Below are positions 48,622 to 59,126 of a stretch of 64,000 nucleotides of DNA, piece by piece (positions within the stretch are counted from its first letter, which is position 1; each line of letters opens with the position of its first letter). The notes under the pieces were generated by a model. The model had not been told where the DNA came from, did no database searches, and saw only the letters and a list, made by a program, of their open reading frames with translations. A program made the translations under genes and the position numbers. Origin of the DNA: Fidelibacterota bacterium (lineage in GTDB: Bacteria > Fidelibacterota > Marinisomatia > SCGC-AAA003-L08 > JACNLC01). The DNA is taken from assembly GCA_014381725.1 (NCBI GenBank), contig JACNLC010000052.1:744-64743 (forward strand), written 5' to 3'.

Positions 48622-49827
48622 TTAGTCGCTGAATGAATGCCCAAGCGCATCAAGAACAGGAATAAACCAATCTAGATTATTTTTATGAGAATCATAAGAG
48701 AATACACAGACACCGTTAAACCCATTTAATCTAGTTAAAAGCACTTTGTCAGCAGCAGATTGAGCATCTTGATTGTAAGTTGCCACACCCATCACTACTT
48801 TATCTAATTCAAAAGAAGAAAGAACTGTTTTCATTAATTGAATGTCTTGATTAAAGTACTTTATTTCTTTATAATAATTCATCGGAATCACAAAATCTAC
48901 AAGGTTAGTTTTTATCCAAAATTGCCAATCTTGATACCATCTCGTTTGTGCTTTACTTATATTTGGTTTTACTGCTGCACTAAGTAAAATTTCTTTACCA
49001 GAACTATCTATATCGGATTTAATCCAACTTACAAGTTCAGAAATTTTATCAGCCCTAAATTGATTCCAAGCATTGTGCATCGAATCAACAAACGACTCTT
49101 CCCAACCAAATCTAGTACTTATAATTCCTCTAGCGATATCTAAAGGATCTATGCCATAGATTTCATCAAAATCATCTCTTCCTTCTGGGTTATATCCGTA
49201 GAAATCGTCCTGATAGCGTATATAATCCAGATGAATCCCATCAACATCATAATTATTAATAACTTCAGCATATACTGTTCGCAAGTAAGGATTTACTTCC
49301 GGGTGGGTTGGTGCTAAATAAATTCCCTCCCATTGCGGTGATTGAGGAGTACTTAAATCAATTCGCCAATCCATTTTTGAATGGTGGTTAGCCTCTGTCC
49401 ACTCAGGATGTCTAAGATAGATATGCTTATCATTATTAGGTGGTTTTTTACCTGACCATAAAATGTAACTGTTCATCCAAGCGTGGACTTCTAATCCAAG
49501 GGAATGTCCTAGCTGAACAGCATAATGTAAAGGATCAAAGTCATCAGCAATATTAGGATTTTTAACAACAATACTAGATTGATAAAATGCATCACCTCGT
49601 CCTCGAACTTGTACAAATACTTTGTTAAAGTCAGATTTATAAGCATACATCAAAGCTGAATCAATTTGTTCGGAAGTGATCAAGCTTTCTCTGATAATCC
49701 ATAATCCACGAGATTGTAGTTCATCAAACTGAGAGAAAGATAATTGAGGAACAAAAATAAACAGGGCTATGAAACTCAAAGCCCTGTTATATGGAAATAA
49801 TAGATTCTTTATAAATCTAGTAAACAC
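48622..49827 (-). CDS. Secreted glycoside-hydrolase-like family 10 (GHL10/DUF187, YngK-like) protein
   Basis: Signal peptide. RGLWIIRESL, VQVRGRGDAFY, VDGIHLDYIRY are typical of GHL10. GTG start 9 nt after the rplQ stop; the start is uncertain because a terminator hairpin lies inside the first 25 codons. Confidence 0.7.
   Translation of the reverse strand: MFTRFIKNLLFPYNRALSFIALFIFVPQLSFSQFDELQSRGLWIIRESLITSEQIDSALMYAYKSDFNKVFVQVRGRGDAFYQSSIVVKNPNIADDFDPLHYAVQLGHSLGLEVHAWMNSYILWSGKKPPNNDKHIYLRHPEWTEANHHSKMDWRIDLSTPQSPQWEGIYLAPTHPEVNPYLRTVYAEVINNYDVDGIHLDYIRYQDDFYGYNPEGRDDFDEIYGIDPLDIARGIISTRFGWEESFVDSMHNAWNQFRADKISELVSWIKSDIDSSGKEILLSAAVKPNISKAQTRWYQDWQFWIKTNLVDFVIPMNYYKEIKYFNQDIQLMKTVLSSFELDKVVMGVATYNQDAQSAADKVLLTRLNGFNGVCVFSYDSHKNNLDWFIPVLDALGHSFSD
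49750..49788 (-). terminator. Strong intrinsic terminator of the ribosomal-protein/rpoA/rplQ operon, embedded in the 5' coding region of the next ORF
   Basis: Minus strand reads AACAGGGCT-TTGAGTTTCAT-AGCCCTGTT (9-bp perfect stem) followed by TATTTTTGTT. It lies about 50 nt after the rplQ stop. Confidence 0.7.
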
Positions 49828-49836
49828 TTTTTGAAA

Positions 49837-50259
49837 TTATTCAGTTTTTTCAGATTTTTCTTCAGTAGGGGTAGGTTCAACCTCAGATGCCCCCGCAAAA
49901 TCTACTAATTCAATTAGAGATACTGGAGCATTATCATTTTTTCTGTTATTTAGCTTAATGATTCTTGCATATCCGCCATTTCGGTCTTTACAAGCTGGAG
50001 CAATTTCGTGAATAAGTACATTTGCTGCGTTTTTTCCACTACTACCAGATAATTTTCTAAGTATTAGTCTACGGCCGTGTAAATCACCTTTTTTTGCATA
50101 AGAAATTAATCGTTCTATGTAAGGACGCAATTCCTTTGCTTTCGCATCAGTAGTTTGGATTCTCTTGTTAGAAATCAACGCCAATGCCATATTCATCATC
50201 AATGCTTTCCTATGGCTAGCAGTACGATTAAGTTTTCTTCCTTTTTTCTTATGTCTCAT
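49837..50259 (-). CDS. rplQ: 50S ribosomal protein L17
   Basis: MRHKKKGRKLNRTASHRKALMMNMALALI... Located after rpoA. Confidence 0.95.
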   Translation of the reverse strand: MRHKKKGRKLNRTASHRKALMMNMALALISNKRIQTTDAKAKELRPYIERLISYAKKGDLHGRRLILRKLSGSSGKNAANVLIHEIAPACKDRNGGYARIIKLNNRKNDNAPVSLIELVDFAGASEVEPTPTEEKSEKTE

Positions 50260-50264
50260 ATTAC

Positions 50265-51239
50265 CTATTCCTCAACATCAATATACTTTGAGATATCCAT
50301 ACCGAAATGTAATCCCATTTGTCCTAGTTTCTCCACCAATTCAGTAAGAGATTTTCTTCCAAAATTCTTGAAACGTAACATTTCATTTTCTTCTTTTGTA
50401 ACCAACTCAGAAATTGCTCTAATTCCAGCTGCTTGAAGACAATTATGACTTCTTACAGAAAGTTCCATTTCATCAATACTCTTCATTAAAGTTTTCTTAA
50501 CTTCTAGAGCTTCGTTAATTTCTTCTTCGTTAACTGCACGAATAGCACCTGAATCAGTAAATAAAAATAATGATAACTGCTGAATAAGAATACTAGCTGC
50601 GTGATTGATTGCATCTTTAGGATCAGTAGAACCATCAGATTCAACTTCAAGAGTTAATCTCTCATGGCCTTCGATAGATGCAGGAATATCTTGAACATTC
50701 CAAGATACATTTGTAATTGGATTGTAAATTGAGTCAATAGTAATTGTACCAATGGAATTATCAGGTCCGATATTTCTTTCAGCTACAGTATATCCTTTAC
50801 CTCGAGCAATTCTGATTTCCATAGAAACTTGTGTTTCATCTGAGATTGTTGCTATATGAGTATCAGGATTAAGAACCTCGAAAGCTTCAGATATTTTATT
50901 GATATCTGCTCCAGAAATTGTTCCCGGTCCTTGAACTGTTACAGTGATTATTTCTTGAGCAGATTCAGACATTTTGAATCTAATTTGTTTCAAGTTAAGA
51001 ACAATATCAGAAATATCTTCAACAACTCCTTCTGTTGTTGAAAATTCATGAGAAACTCCATCTATCTTAACTGATGTAATTGCAGCTCCTGGTAATGCAG
51101 TTAGCAACACACGACGCAAACAATTACCAATAGTAACACCATACCCTCTTTCTAAAGGTTCAGCTACAACTTTTGCGTAAGTCTCTGTTTCTTCAACAAT
51201 ACTCATACTAATTTCTGGAAAATGTTTATTTTTTGCCAT
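50265..51239 (-). CDS. rpoA: DNA-directed RNA polymerase alpha subunit
   Basis: GNCLRRVLL, C-terminal domain ELSVRSHNCLQAAGI. Confidence 0.95.
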   Translation of the reverse strand: MAKNKHFPEISMSIVEETETYAKVVAEPLERGYGVTIGNCLRRVLLTALPGAAITSVKIDGVSHEFSTTEGVVEDISDIVLNLKQIRFKMSESAQEIITVTVQGPGTISGADINKISEAFEVLNPDTHIATISDETQVSMEIRIARGKGYTVAERNIGPDNSIGTITIDSIYNPITNVSWNVQDIPASIEGHERLTLEVESDGSTDPKDAINHAASILIQQLSLFLFTDSGAIRAVNEEEINEALEVKKTLMKSIDEMELSVRSHNCLQAAGIRAISELVTKEENEMLRFKNFGRKSLTELVEKLGQMGLHFGMDISKYIDVEE

Positions 51240-51255
51240 GCAGATTAATCCTTAA

Positions 51256-51867
51256 TTATTTAGAATATAATTCAACTACCATTTGTTCATTAACAGGTTC
51301 AAGTATTTGTTCTCTTTCTGGAACACCATCGAAAGTACCTGTTAATTTTGCTTTATCCAATGTAAGCCAGGGCATTGGATTATCACCCTGAATCCTTCTC
51401 ATAGATTCATGTAACATTTCAATCTTCTTACTCTTTTCACGAACCTGAATCACATCACCAGGTTTTAAAATATAAGAAGGAATATTTACAATCCGATTAT
51501 TAACCATAAGATGTTTATGCGAAACAAATTGTCTTGCAGCTCTGCGAGTAGAAGCAAATCCTAATCTATATACAGTATTATCTAATCTAGATTCCAAAAA
51601 TATAAGCAAATTATGTCCTGTTGGACCTTGCTTCACTTGAGCCTTTTTGAATGCATTTCTAAATTGTTTCTCGAGTAGACCATACAAGTACTTAATTCTT
51701 TGTTTTTCTCTAAGTTGCATTCCGTAATATGATAATTTTCTTCTAAAAGATTGCCCATGTTGCCCTGGTGCATAACTTTTCCTTGGAGATGCGAATTTCG
51801 GTGATTCAAAAGCTGGAAATTCTAATCTTCTACAAACTTTTCCTCTTGGTCCTGTAAATCTTGCCAT
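51256..51867 (-). CDS. rpsD: 30S ribosomal protein S4
   Basis: MARFTGPRGKVCRRL..., S4 domain RLDNTVYRLGFASTRRAARQFVSH. Confidence 0.95.
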   Translation of the reverse strand: MARFTGPRGKVCRRLEFPAFESPKFASPRKSYAPGQHGQSFRRKLSYYGMQLREKQRIKYLYGLLEKQFRNAFKKAQVKQGPTGHNLLIFLESRLDNTVYRLGFASTRRAARQFVSHKHLMVNNRIVNIPSYILKPGDVIQVREKSKKIEMLHESMRRIQGDNPMPWLTLDKAKLTGTFDGVPEREQILEPVNEQMVVELYSK

Positions 51868-51882
51868 TTATAATATCCTTAC

Positions 51883-52269
51883 TTAAACTCTTCTGCGTTT
51901 TGGTGGTCTACAACCATTGTGAGCAATAGGAGTCACATCCATAATTGAAGTGATTTCTAAACCTTCTGCTCTGAGAGACCTAATTGCTGATTCTCTTCCT
52001 GAACCTGGTCCTTTAACTTGAACCTGAACTGTTTTCAAGCCCAAAGACATAGCCTCTGCAGCAGCCTTTTGAGCAGCTTGAGTTGCAGCAAATGGTGTAC
52101 TTTTTCTTGAGCCCTTAAAACCAACACAACCAGCGGATGCCCACGAAATAACATTACCAAACTTATCTGTTAAAGTAATAACTGTATTATTGAAAGTAGC
52201 TTTGATATGTGCTTGTCCTTCAGGTTCTACTTTCGCTTTTTTCTTTTTTCTAGCTCTTGGCCTAGCCAA
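51883..52269 (-). CDS. rpsK: 30S ribosomal protein S11
   Basis: [41 protein letters not shown] start. Confidence 0.95.
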   Translation of the reverse strand: MARPRARKKKKAKVEPEGQAHIKATFNNTVITLTDKFGNVISWASAGCVGFKGSRKSTPFAATQAAQKAAAEAMSLGLKTVQVQVKGPGSGRESAIRSLRAEGLEITSIMDVTPIAHNGCRPPKRRRV

Positions 52270-52288
52270 AGTCTATCTCCTTAAATTA

Positions 52289-52654
52289 CTATTTTTTCTT
52301 AATTGCAGATCTTTTTTTACCTTTTCTGGTACGAGAATTATTCTTTGTATTCTGACCATTCACAGGTAAACCTTTTCTATGACGCAAACCTTTGTAACAT
52401 CCAATGTCCATCAATCTTTTAACATTACGGGTTACTTGTCCTTTTAATTCTCCTTCAACAAGATAATTATCAGCAATTACATTTCTAATCGCTAAAACAT
52501 GTTCTTCCGTAAGTTCATGGACTCTTATGTTTCCATCAACTCCGGCTGTTTCTAGAATTTTTTGAGAATATGTATGACCAATCCCATAAATATATGGAAG
52601 AGCAAACTCAATTTTCTTATTTCTTGGTAAATCTACACCAGCAATACGAGCCAA
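52289..52654 (-). CDS. rpsM: 30S ribosomal protein S13
   Basis: [28 protein letters not shown] start. Confidence 0.95.
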   Translation of the reverse strand: MARIAGVDLPRNKKIEFALPYIYGIGHTYSQKILETAGVDGNIRVHELTEEHVLAIRNVIADNYLVEGELKGQVTRNVKRLMDIGCYKGLRHRKGLPVNGQNTKNNSRTRKGKKRSAIKKK

Positions 52655-52665
52655 AACTAATCTCC

Positions 52666-52779
52666 TTAACCTTGTCTTTGTTTATGTTTTGGATTTGAAC
52701 AAATCACTCTAACTACACCATGTCGTCTGATGATTTGACATTTATTACACATTTTCTTCACAGAAGCGCGTACTTTCAT
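52666..52779 (-). CDS. rpmJ: 50S ribosomal protein L36
   Basis: Below the ORF-track size cutoff. My translation is [37 protein letters not shown]. Canonical position between infA and rpsM. Confidence 0.93.
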   Translation of the reverse strand: MKVRASVKKMCNKCQIIRRHGVVRVICSNPKHKQRQG

Positions 52780-52787
52780 AAAAACCT

Positions 52788-53006
52788 CTACTTATACCTG
52801 TAAGTAATTCGCCCACGACTCAAATCATAAGGCGATAATTCAAGCTTGACCTTATCACCAGGAAGTATTTTGATAAAGTGCATACGCATTTTACCTGACA
52901 CATGTGCAAGCACAAGATGTCCGTTATCCAAAGTAACCCTAAACATAGCATTCGGGAGTACTTCAGTTATTGTTCCATCTACTTCTATACCTGGTTCTTT
53001 AGCCAT
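52788..53006 (-). CDS. infA: Translation initiation factor IF-1
   Basis: [35 protein letters not shown]. Confidence 0.95.
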   Translation of the reverse strand: MAKEPGIEVDGTITEVLPNAMFRVTLDNGHLVLAHVSGKMRMHFIKILPGDKVKLELSPYDLSRGRITYRYK

Positions 53007-53009
53007 AAC

Positions 53010-53753
53010 TTATATTGTTAAAATCTTTGCACCTTTTTTTTCTACAACTATTGTATGTTCAAAATGAGCTGATGGTTCCCCGTCAGCAGTACATACTGTC
53101 CAGTTGTCTTTTTTTGTAAAAACACTCGGGCTTTTCATATTTATCATCGGTTCGATTGCAAAACACATTCCAGATTCAATTTTAGGACCTGTTCTAGCTC
53201 GTCCATAATTCGGAATTTGAGGTTCTTCGTGGAGTGTTGTACCAATTCCATGTCCTACTAATTCTTTCACAACTCCGTATCCATTATCCTCTGCGTGCTT
53301 CTGTATCGCATAGCTAATATCACCAATTCTATTTCCAGGTTTTGCTTGCTCAATTCCTTTGATTAAGCATTCCTTAGTAACTTTCATTAGCTGTTTTTTA
53401 TCAGCTGATACTTTTCCAACACTAAAAGTTCTCGCATGGTCTCCGTAATATCTATTTTTCAATACTCCGACATCAATCCCGACAATTTCGCCTTCTTTCA
53501 ATTTGCGTTTGCCAGGAATTCCGTGTACAACTTCATCGTCAATCGAAATACACAATGTTGCCGGGTATCCAAATAATCCCTTAAACCCAGGTATCCCACC
53601 TTGTTTCCTTATAAATGTTTCAGCACATCTATCAAGTTCTAAAGTTGTAACACCAGGTTGAATCATATCCTCCAGCAAAATTAAAGTATCTTTAACAATT
53701 TGACAACTATGCCAAATTGTTTTGATTTCATCTGAAGTACGGATGTGGATCAC
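53010..53753 (-). CDS. map: Type I methionine aminopeptidase
   Basis: DVGVLKNRYYGDHARTF, GHGIG..LHEEP, FAIEPM. GTG start. Confidence 0.92.
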   Translation of the reverse strand: MIHIRTSDEIKTIWHSCQIVKDTLILLEDMIQPGVTTLELDRCAETFIRKQGGIPGFKGLFGYPATLCISIDDEVVHGIPGKRKLKEGEIVGIDVGVLKNRYYGDHARTFSVGKVSADKKQLMKVTKECLIKGIEQAKPGNRIGDISYAIQKHAEDNGYGVVKELVGHGIGTTLHEEPQIPNYGRARTGPKIESGMCFAIEPMINMKSPSVFTKKDNWTVCTADGEPSAHFEHTIVVEKKGAKILTI

Positions 53754-53768
53754 AAAACTATGACCCTA

Positions 53769-55103
53769 TTAGAATCTACGACGACCCTTGAGTTTGCCCG
53801 TTTTCAAAAAACCATCATAGTGTCGCATAACTAAATGACTCTCAATTTGCTGAAGAGTATCTAAAGCCACACCAACTATGATCAATAAACTTGTCCCACC
53901 AAAAAAACTGGCTAATGAATAGTCAACACCATCCACAATATTAACCAGAATTGTTGGGAATACCGCAACTGCAGCTAAAAATACTGCTGCAGGTAAAGTA
54001 ACCCTAGTTAAAATATTATCTATAAAATCAGCAGTATTTTTCCCTGGTCTAACTCCAGGAATAAATCCACCTTGTTTTTTCATATTATCAGCCACATCTA
54101 CAGGATTAAAAGCTATTGCAGTATAAAAATATGTAAACACAATTATCATTAATCCAAAGAAAATTGAATACACTGCATGCGTTGGAGAAAAAACTCTCAT
54201 AATAAATTCACCAAAAGCATTACCTTCAGGGAAAAAAGAAGCTAATGTATTTGGAATAAACATTAAAGCTTGTGCGAAAATAATCGGCATAACACCGGCT
54301 GTTAATATTCTCATTGGTATATGAGTTGCTTGGCCACCATAGACTTTTCTACCTACAACTCGTTTTGCATATTGTACTGGGATCTTTCTCAATGCAGTAG
54401 TAAATAGTACTACAATAAAAATTACCATAAACATTAGTGCTAACAAAATGATACTTTGAAAAGGATTTACCATATCATTTTTAATCTGAATAATCTGATT
54501 AAAAAATACATGTGGAGCTCTTGATAAAATACCGACCATTATTATAATTGATATTCCATTACCTATTCCGTGATCGGAGATTTGTTCGCCCAACCACATA
54601 ATAAAAACTGTTCCAGTAACTAGTGTGACTATTGTTACAAAGTAAAATGCTAAGCCAGGATTTGGTACTACCGGACCAACTGAAGTAGCTGGATAAGTTG
54701 ACAAAAACACAGCAACACCAATTGACTGCATAAACGCAATCATAACAGTTCCGTACCGGGTAATTTGTATGATTTTTTTCCTTCCCTCTTCGCCTTCCTT
54801 TTGAAGTCTTTGGAAGTATGGAATGACCGCACCAAGTAACTGAATAATAATTGAAGCAGAAATATAAGGCATTATTCCCAATGCAAAAATAGATGCTTGA
54901 GAAAAGAAACCTCCTGCAAACATATCATATAGACCCAATAGAGAATTTTCGAAATTCTGCATTACGGCTGCTAATGCTGCTTTATTAATTCCTGGAACTG
55001 GTACATGGCCACCCAATCTATAAACCAAAATAATAAAACCAACAATACCGAGTTTCTTTCGAAGATCTGGTATTTTGAATATATTAATGATTTTTTCTAT
55101 CAT
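53769..55103 (-). CDS. secY: Preprotein translocase subunit SecY
   Basis: 10-TM protein. LGIMPYISASIIIQLL, WLGEQISDHGIGNGISIII. Confidence 0.95.
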   Translation of the reverse strand: MIEKIINIFKIPDLRKKLGIVGFIILVYRLGGHVPVPGINKAALAAVMQNFENSLLGLYDMFAGGFFSQASIFALGIMPYISASIIIQLLGAVIPYFQRLQKEGEEGRKKIIQITRYGTVMIAFMQSIGVAVFLSTYPATSVGPVVPNPGLAFYFVTIVTLVTGTVFIMWLGEQISDHGIGNGISIIIMVGILSRAPHVFFNQIIQIKNDMVNPFQSIILLALMFMVIFIVVLFTTALRKIPVQYAKRVVGRKVYGGQATHIPMRILTAGVMPIIFAQALMFIPNTLASFFPEGNAFGEFIMRVFSPTHAVYSIFFGLMIIVFTYFYTAIAFNPVDVADNMKKQGGFIPGVRPGKNTADFIDNILTRVTLPAAVFLAAVAVFPTILVNIVDGVDYSLASFFGGTSLLIIVGVALDTLQQIESHLVMRHYDGFLKTGKLKGRRRF

Positions 55104-55540
55104 TGGTAAACTACCTTCCCACCAGCTTTTTCAATTTTTTCAATTGCTGTTTGACTGAACATATCAGCAGAAACTTCAACAGCAGATGTTATTTCGCCAT
55201 TGCCTAATATTTTCACAAGAGCATTAGCCTTTTTGATAATTCCATTTTCAATTAAAGTATTTATATCTACTTTTTCCAATTTCAAACTAGCAATTCTATC
55301 AAGATTAACAACTTGTACTTCTTTTCTAAAGTGATAGTTAGAAAATCCTCGTTTTGGCAATCTACGCATCAAAGGAGTTTGTCCACCTTCATAATGTAAC
55401 TTAGATTTGCTACCTGATCGAGATTTATAACCATTATTACCTCGTCCAGCAGTACGACCTTGACCTGAAGCATTACCTCTACCAATTCTTTTTCTGCCCT
55501 TTACGGAACCTTTTGCAGGTGTTAAATTTCCAAGATCCAT
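55100..55540 (-). CDS. rplO: 50S ribosomal protein L15
   Basis: KRIGRGNASGQGRTAGRGNNG. Confidence 0.95.
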   Translation of the reverse strand: MDLGNLTPAKGSVKGRKRIGRGNASGQGRTAGRGNNGYKSRSGSKSKLHYEGGQTPLMRRLPKRGFSNYHFRKEVQVVNLDRIASLKLEKVDINTLIENGIIKKANALVKILGNGEITSAVEVSADMFSQTAIEKIEKAGGKVVYQ

Positions 55541-55725
55541 TATATTTCCTCAACTTTCACAAGATGTTGAATTGCTTTTGCCATCCCTCTAATTGCAGGT
55601 GTATCTTTATGAGTCACAGAATGATTCATTTTTTTTATACCAAGTGCTTCGAGAGTCTTCCAAGTGCGTTTTCGATATCCAATTGCACTTTTTATTTGAG
55701 TAATTTTAATCTTTTTTTCTGCCAT
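55540..55725 (-). CDS. rpmD: 50S ribosomal protein L30
   Basis: KIKITQIKSAIGYRKRTWKTLEALGI. Confidence 0.92.
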   Translation of the reverse strand: MAEKKIKITQIKSAIGYRKRTWKTLEALGIKKMNHSVTHKDTPAIRGMAKAIQHLVKVEEI

Positions 55726-55736
55726 ATTTTTTATTC

Positions 55737-56240
55737 TTATGAAAATAATTCTCTAATTGTTATACCTCGTTGACGAGATACAGTTAATGGATCTCGCAAT
55801 TCTCTTAAACCTTTTTCAACTGCACGAACAACATTAACTGCATTTGAAGAACCTGTTACTTTAGATAAAATATCAGTAACACCAACCTGCTCCATTAATG
55901 CTCTAACTGGACCTCCAGCAATAATTCCTGTACCGGGTGATGCAGGTTTCAGAATAACTTTTGCAGCACCGTATTTTACTGTAATTGTATGAGGAATTGT
56001 ACCATTAATAAGTCTTACTTTAAAGATATTTTTCTTAGCATTATCTTTTGCCTTATTTACAGCAGAAATTACTTCGTTTGCTTTTCCAAAACCAATACCC
56101 AGATGTCCTTTACTATCTCCTACAGCAACAATAGAGTTAAACCGAAATCTTCTACCTCCGGTAATCACTTTTGTAACACGATTGATTTTTACAACAGTTT
56201 CTTCGTTTAGTTCCAGTTCAGATGGATTGATAATATTCAA
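55737..56240 (-). CDS. rpsE: 30S ribosomal protein S5
   Basis: INRVTKVITGGRRFRF, GIGFGKANEV. I prefer the TTG at 56240, preceded by GGAG at 8-nt spacing just after the rplR stop, over the track ATG at 56285. That ATG overlaps rplR by 32 nt and has no SD. Confidence 0.9.
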   Translation of the reverse strand: MNIINPSELELNEETVVKINRVTKVITGGRRFRFNSIVAVGDSKGHLGIGFGKANEVISAVNKAKDNAKKNIFKVRLINGTIPHTITVKYGAAKVILKPASPGTGIIAGGPVRALMEQVGVTDILSKVTGSSNAVNVVRAVEKGLRELRDPLTVSRQRGITIRELFS

Positions 56241-56253
56241 ATCAATATCTCCG

Positions 56254-56619
56254 TTAAAATTTAAGTCCAGCTTCGCGAGCGGCATCCGCTAACGCTTTTA
56301 CCCTACCATGATATTCATAGCCATTACGATCAAATATAACTTGAGTAATTTTATCTTTTAGTGCTTTCTCAGCAATATTTTTACCTACTTTTTTACTCAG
56401 TTCTGTTTTACTATCAGATTTTTCAATAGTTTTCTTAAAATCGTTTTCCAATGTTGATGTAGAAACCAAAGTTTTTCCTGCTACATCATCAATAATTTGA
56501 GCATAAATATGTGAATTCGATCTAAAAACTACTAATCTCGGATTAGTCCCAATTTTCAATCTACTTTTTATTCGACGGCGTTTATTTTCCCATCTAGCTC
56601 TTTTATCTTTATATGCCAT
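56254..56619 (-). CDS. rplR: 50S ribosomal protein L18
   Basis: [42 protein letters not shown]. Confidence 0.95.
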   Translation of the reverse strand: MAYKDKRARWENKRRRIKSRLKIGTNPRLVVFRSNSHIYAQIIDDVAGKTLVSTSTLENDFKKTIEKSDSKTELSKKVGKNIAEKALKDKITQVIFDRNGYEYHGRVKALADAAREAGLKF

Positions 56620-56624
56620 AATAA

Positions 56625-57167
56625 TTAGGCTCCTCCTACAGTTTTTCCAGCTTTACGACGGATATGCTCATCAAAATACTTAATTCCCTTACCTTTATAC
56701 GGCTCAGGTTTTCTATATGATCTAATTTTTGCTGCGATCTGTCCTACAAGTTGTTTGTCAATACCTTTGATAATGAGAATTGTAGGTTTCGGAGTTTCGA
56801 AAGTAATTCCTTCTGGTTGTTGGATATAAATTGTATGAGAATATCCTACATTTAAAATAAGAAAACAATCACTAGCTTTTGCAGTATAACCAACCCCAAC
56901 TAAATGTAATTCTTTTGTATAACCTTCCGATACCCCCACAACCATATTTGCAATCAATGCTCTAGTGAGGCCATGAAGCTCTCTATGCTTTTGTGAATCA
57001 GATGGTCGAGTAATTAACAAACAATTCTCTTTTTCAGTAATTTTCATATCTTTATGAAATTCTTGTACTAATTCGCCCAACTTCCCATTTACTGTTAATA
57101 CATTTTTTGTATTTTTTACAGTAATACCCTCAGGTATATTTATTGGTTTTTTACCAATTCGTGACAT
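56625..57167 (-). CDS. rplF: 50S ribosomal protein L6
   Basis: [17 protein letters not shown]. Confidence 0.95.
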   Translation of the reverse strand: MSRIGKKPINIPEGITVKNTKNVLTVNGKLGELVQEFHKDMKITEKENCLLITRPSDSQKHRELHGLTRALIANMVVGVSEGYTKELHLVGVGYTAKASDCFLILNVGYSHTIYIQQPEGITFETPKPTILIIKGIDKQLVGQIAAKIRSYRKPEPYKGKGIKYFDEHIRRKAGKTVGGA

Positions 57168-57190
57168 TTTCTACCAAATTTATTTAATTT

Positions 57191-57589
57191 CTACCAAACT
57201 TGACACAATACTTCACCACCAACATTTAGCCGTTTGGCTTTTTTATCGGAGATGACTCCTTTTGATGTTGTAATAATTGCAACACCCATACCATTTAATA
57301 CTCTAGGTAAATTCCCTGAATCTGCATACACTCTTCTACCTGGTTTACTTATACGCTGAATTCCTTTGATTACCGGATCATTATTAAAATCATAATTCAA
57401 AAACACTCGAAGTGTATTTTGTTTATTATCTTTAATCAAAATGTAATCACGGATAAAATGTTCTTCCTTAAGTACAAATGAAATTCTATTTTTTAAATTT
57501 GAAGCTGGAATATCAACCCATCGTTTACTTGCCGCTTGTGCATTACGAATTCTAGTTAAATAATCAGCTACTGGATCTGTCATTGACAT
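57191..57589 (-). CDS. rpsH: 30S ribosomal protein S8
   Basis: TDPVADYLTRIRNA, C-terminal GGEVLCQVW. Confidence 0.95.
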   Translation of the reverse strand: MSMTDPVADYLTRIRNAQAASKRWVDIPASNLKNRISFVLKEEHFIRDYILIKDNKQNTLRVFLNYDFNNDPVIKGIQRISKPGRRVYADSGNLPRVLNGMGVAIITTSKGVISDKKAKRLNVGGEVLCQVW

Positions 57590-57600
57590 TTAATTTACCT

Positions 57601-57786
57601 TTACCAACTTGCTTTTGTTACACCCGGAATATGGCCCTTAAGCGCCATTTCGCGGAAACAAATACGACATAAACCAAACTTTCTATAAACTGCGTGAGGT
57701 CGCCCGCAATTATTACATCTCGTATAACCTCTTGTTGAAAACTTTGGTTTTCTTTTTGCTTTTACTACTAAAGCTTTTCTTGCCAT
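57601..57786 (-). CDS. rpsN: 30S ribosomal protein S14, short zinc-binding (type Z) form
   Basis: 61 aa with [20 protein letters not shown]. Confidence 0.93.
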   Translation of the reverse strand: MARKALVVKAKRKPKFSTRGYTRCNNCGRPHAVYRKFGLCRICFREMALKGHIPGVTKASW

Positions 57787-58424
57787 TATGCCGCTTCCTC
57801 TTTTTCAACTGACTTTTTTTGCCGAATAGGCATTCCTAAGGAAAGCAACAGCTCATATGCTTCTTCATCAGAATGTGCATTTGTAACTATCGTAATATTC
57901 ATTCCTCTTACTTTATCAATTTTATCATAATCAATTTCTGGGAAAATAACTTGTTCATCAATTCCAAAATTATAATTTCCACGACCGTCAAAACCTTTAG
58001 CAGATAAACCACGAAAATCCTTAATTCTTGGTGTGGCTACAGAAATAAATCTATCCAAAAATTCATACATTCTAATTCCTCTAATAGTAACTCTAGCACC
58101 TACAGGATCTTTCGCACGGATTTTGAAATTAGAAATTGCTTTCTTAGAATATGTAATAACAGGTTTCTGTCCTGATATCAAAGTTAATTCTTGTACAGAG
58201 TTTTTTAAACTATTGGAATTCTCTTTAGCATCACCAAGTCCCATATTGAGTACAATCTTAGTGATTTTAGGAACTCGCATAGCATTAGTTAATTCAAGTT
58301 TTTCTTTAAGATATGAAAAGGATACATCCCTGTAATGTTTCAATAAACGAGGGATAATAACTTCCTTACTTGTTTTTTTAGAAGGTTGTTCCTTTTTCTT
58401 CTTTGTGTCTTTTTTTGTTGCCAT
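57786..58424 (-). CDS. rplE: 50S ribosomal protein L5 with about 25-aa Lys-rich N-terminal extension
   Basis: [33 protein letters not shown]. The N-terminus [22 protein letters not shown] precedes the conserved core. Confidence 0.93.
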   Translation of the reverse strand: MATKKDTKKKKEQPSKKTSKEVIIPRLLKHYRDVSFSYLKEKLELTNAMRVPKITKIVLNMGLGDAKENSNSLKNSVQELTLISGQKPVITYSKKAISNFKIRAKDPVGARVTIRGIRMYEFLDRFISVATPRIKDFRGLSAKGFDGRGNYNFGIDEQVIFPEIDYDKIDKVRGMNITIVTNAHSDEEAYELLLSLGMPIRQKKSVEKEEAA

Positions 58425-58426
58425 AT

Positions 58427-58732
58427 TTAACCGATTATTTCACCTGTTGTTTTTGCTACTCTTGCTTTTTTTCCATTTTCAAGAGTTTTGTATCCTACTC
58501 TTGTTGGTTTCCCGTCAACAACCAATTTAACATTTGAAATGTGTATTGTTGATTCTTTCTCTAGAATTCCACCTTGTGGATTATCTTGTGTTGGTCGAGT
58601 ATGTTTTTTTACCATATTAACACCTTCAACTAAAATACGATCTTTCTTAGGATAGACCTTAAGCACACGACCAATTTTATTTTTATCGTTTCCTGTCATT
58701 ACTTTAACAGAATCACCTTTTTTAATTTTCAT
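58427..58732 (-). CDS. rplX: 50S ribosomal protein L24
   Basis: [26 protein letters not shown] (KOW motif). Confidence 0.95.
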   Translation of the reverse strand: MKIKKGDSVKVMTGNDKNKIGRVLKVYPKKDRILVEGVNMVKKHTRPTQDNPQGGILEKESTIHISNVKLVVDGKPTRVGYKTLENGKKARVAKTTGEIIG

Positions 58733-58733
58733 A

Positions 58734-59102
58734 CTAAATCACCTCAGGAGCTAATGATAGAATTTTCATATACTGTTTATCTCGAAGTTCACGAGCCACA
58801 GGACCAAATACACGAGTTCCTCTAGGTTCTTCATTTCCATCAAGTAAAACTGCTGCATTCTCATCGAATCTAATATATGATCCGTCTTTTCTTCTCATTT
58901 CTTTTTTTACTCTAACGATAACTGCACGAGTAATATCACCTTTTTTAACCATTCCGCCAGGAATCGCTTTTTTTATAGAAACTACTATCAAATCACCCAA
59001 TCTTGCATATCGTTTGCGCGTACCACCAAGTACACGAATACAAAGAACTTCTTTTGCTCCTGTATTATCTGCTACTTTTAATCTTGTTTCTTGCTGAATC
59101 AT
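58734..59102 (-). CDS. rplN: 50S ribosomal protein L14
   Basis: [27 protein letters not shown]. Confidence 0.96.
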   Translation of the reverse strand: MIQQETRLKVADNTGAKEVLCIRVLGGTRKRYARLGDLIVVSIKKAIPGGMVKKGDITRAVIVRVKKEMRRKDGSYIRFDENAAVLLDGNEEPRGTRVFGPVARELRDKQYMKILSLAPEVI

Positions 59103-59126
59103 AAGATCTAACTCACTTTAATCTAA

